64,000 bases of DNA from an uncultured Actinomycetota bacterium (GTDB lineage Bacteria > Actinomycetota > Actinomycetes > UBA12327). Positions 62,475-64,000 of this stretch are shown piece by piece; position 1 is the first letter of the stretch, and the number at the start of each line of letters is the position of its first letter. The translations under genes and the position numbers were made by a program. The stretch spans positions 5,535 through 69,534 of the forward strand of contig CAWKKI010000006.1 of NCBI GenBank assembly GCA_963850215.1, in the 5' to 3' direction. Under the pieces are notes generated by a model. The model was not told the DNA's origin, did no database searches, and saw only the letters and a program-made list of their open reading frames with translations.

Positions 62475-63218
62475 CTATAGGCCTCGCAGTGGCTTCTTCA
62501 ATTCGTCGAGTGCGGTCGCGATCCACGCGTCGGCTGCGTCGTAAGTCACGCCGAGCCGATTGAGGATGTCGCTGGTGCCTTGGTCGTTGCGAAGGATTCC
62601 GAGCAGCACGTGCTCAGTCCCGATGTAGTTGTGGTCCAAACGCAGTGCTTCGCGCAAGGCCAGTTCGAGTGTCTTCTTCGCGTCCGGTCCGAACGACGTC
62701 TGCCGCTTTCGCTTGCGCGTTGCACCCGTGGGCAAGTCCGCGAGGATGGCGCCCTGCACGGTTTCAAGGGACGCGCCGACTCCGACCATCGCTTGCGCGG
62801 CGATGCCCTCCGGTTCGCTCAGCAGACCCAGTACGAGATGGGCGTTGGTCACCTCACCGTCCCCGCGTTGATCCGCTTGGCGTCGCGCCTCCTGGACAAC
62901 GTTGCGAGCCCGCTTGGTGAAACGGCTAAAGAGCCGGCGAGTGGGGAAGTCCGGATCCTCTTCGCCTCGGGCAACGTGGCGTTGCTGCGCGGCCTGCTTG
63001 CTCACGCCCAGGCAGGTGCCGATCTCGGTCCAGGATGCGCCATTCGCACGGGCCACCTCGACGTAGTGACCGATCAGCGCATCCGCAGTCGTACCGAGCG
63101 ACTCCGAGATGTTCACGGCGTCCGTCAGGCGAGTGAACACATCGCCATCGGGGTGTTGGGACTCGACGAACGAGATCAGCGAATCCAGGTCAATGGGATT
63201 GGACGGGTGTGAGGTCAT
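62475..63218 (-). CDS. HTH plus Clp N-terminal repeat domain protein (no ATPase)
   Basis: GASWTEIG..LGVSKQAAQQR HTH; FSRFTKRAR; ALREALRLDHNYIGTEHVLLG. Confidence 0.9.
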   Translation of the reverse strand: MTSHPSNPIDLDSLISFVESQHPDGDVFTRLTDAVNISESLGTTADALIGHYVEVARANGASWTEIGTCLGVSKQAAQQRHVARGEEDPDFPTRRLFSRFTKRARNVVQEARRQADQRGDGEVTNAHLVLGLLSEPEGIAAQAMVGVGASLETVQGAILADLPTGATRKRKRQTSFGPDAKKTLELALREALRLDHNYIGTEHVLLGILRNDQGTSDILNRLGVTYDAADAWIATALDELKKPLRGL

Positions 63219-63219
63219 G

Positions 63220-63272
63220 TCGTCAACCTTAGATTGACGAGGTCTTCGCCGTCAACCGTGTCTTGACGGCGA
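63220..63272. promoter_or_regulatory. Two tandem palindromic operators GTCAA-N7-TTGAC
   Basis: TCGTCAA-CCTTAGA-TTGACGA (63220-63240) and TCGCCGTCAA-CCGTGTC-TTGACGGCGA (63246-63272). Confidence 0.7.
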
Positions 63273-63309
63273 GAAGGGCGGTTGGTCAGCGTGCGCGCGG
63301 GCACCCCGT

Positions 63310-63339
63310 TTGACATGTGACTAAATAGTCACCTAATCT
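63310..63339 (+). promoter_or_regulatory. Sigma70-type promoter with an ArsR-type operator in the spacer
   Basis: TTGACA-N18-TAATCT, palindrome GTGACTA-AA-TAGTCAC at 63317-63332, ATG 7 nt after the -10. Confidence 0.7.
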
Positions 63340-63346
63340 TTGGGTC

Positions 63347-63674
63347 ATGCCGCAGCCGAGCGAAGACATGGTCTTCAAGGCACTGGCGGATCCCACCCGT
63401 CGGGCTTTGCTGGACGCGCTCTTTGGCGAGGACGGTCAGACGTTGTCAGCGTTGGATTCGCAAGTTCGACATGACGCGCTTCGGAGTAATGAAGCACCTC
63501 AAGGTGCTCGAGGAGGCAGGCCTGGTCGTCACGCGGCAACGCGGTCGGCAGAAGTTGCACTTCCTCAACCCCGTTCCTATTCGACTGATCCACGACCGCT
63601 GGGTCAGCAAGTACGCGCAGCCGTGGGTCGCCGGACTCAGCGAGCTGAAGTCCGATCTCGAGCAGAAGGAGTAA
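63347..63674 (+). CDS. ArsR/SmtB family regulator (frameshift near 63460)
   Basis: VFKALADPTRR.LLD in one frame; MTRFGVMKHLKVLEEAGLV..R.GR.KLHFLNPVPI in the other. Confidence 0.9.
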
Positions 63675-63678
63675 GGCG

Positions 63679-64000
63679 ATGGAGAAGGTGTACGAGATCT
63701 ACATCCGCACTTCACCGGAGGTTCTGTGGGAGGCGATCACAGATCCCGACATCCGAGCGAAGTACCAGTTCGGTGCCGCTGCTCGCTCGGACTGGAAGGT
63801 GGGCTCACACATCCAGCTGGGCGCGCCCAGCGCACCTGGTCCGCTCGGCGAGGGTGAGGTGCTCGAAGTCGACCCACCGCGTCGACTCGTCTACACGCAG
63901 ACCGCGTTGTGGAGCGACGAGGTGAAGGCCGAGGGCGCCACCCGCGTGACCTGGGACATCGAAGCGATCCAAGACTCGTGTCACGTGACTGTGACGCACG
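63679..64000 (+). CDS. SRPBCC/AHSA1 domain protein (partial, runs off the window)
   Basis: MEKVYEIYIRTSPEVLWEAITDP...GEVLEVDPPRRLV...TRVTWDIE. Confidence 0.88.
   Translation, partial: MEKVYEIYIRTSPEVLWEAITDPDIRAKYQFGAAARSDWKVGSHIQLGAPSAPGPLGEGEVLEVDPPRRLVYTQTALWSDEVKAEGATRVTWDIEAIQDSCHVTVTH

Noticed and set aside
1-64000. Mobile elements, prophage, defence systems, tRNA or rRNA
   Set aside because: No integrase, transposase, phage, Cas or defence-nuclease motifs and no cloverleaf or rRNA-like sequence were recognised.

Overview
High-GC actinobacterial chromosomal window. No rRNA, tRNA, CRISPR array, integrase or transposase was seen. Many single-base frameshifts, including in pgi, aroA, rsgA and sigR, suggest long-read consensus errors rather than real pseudogenes. 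From left to right it holds: a small oxidative catabolic cluster; an oxidative pentose-phosphate/sugar cluster (zwf, gnd, pgl, HAD, ROK, tal, pgi, GH15); an LCP gene divergent from a roughly 2,980-aa LPXTG surface protein; the conserved actinobacterial hisN-rsgA-aroA / SRAP-sigR-rsrA-bL37 block; a candidate signalling module; a biotin carrier protein, an orphan pilT and a bioAFDB-GNAT-bsaP operon; pdtaS-whiB1-ung-DAGK, a SigB/F-type sigma/anti-sigma pair, sodN/sodX, the deletion scar of an amino-acid ABC operon, malic enzyme, kgd, MMPL, an AlkZ-like glycosylase, a ClpN-domain regulator and ArsR/SRPBCC. The best candidate for an undescribed system is 30.7-35.2 kb. A perfect 26-bp inverted repeat (32287-32312 / 32511-32536) encloses three hairpins and an unannotated 20-aa ORF (MSKLVSLVERAFTAPVGIWR). 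Its 3' arm can alternatively occlude the ribosome-binding site of a membrane HD-GYP phosphodiesterase, which is followed by a degenerate paralogue. Two uncharacterised genes lie divergently. All functional assignments come from motif recognition by eye; no searches were run.
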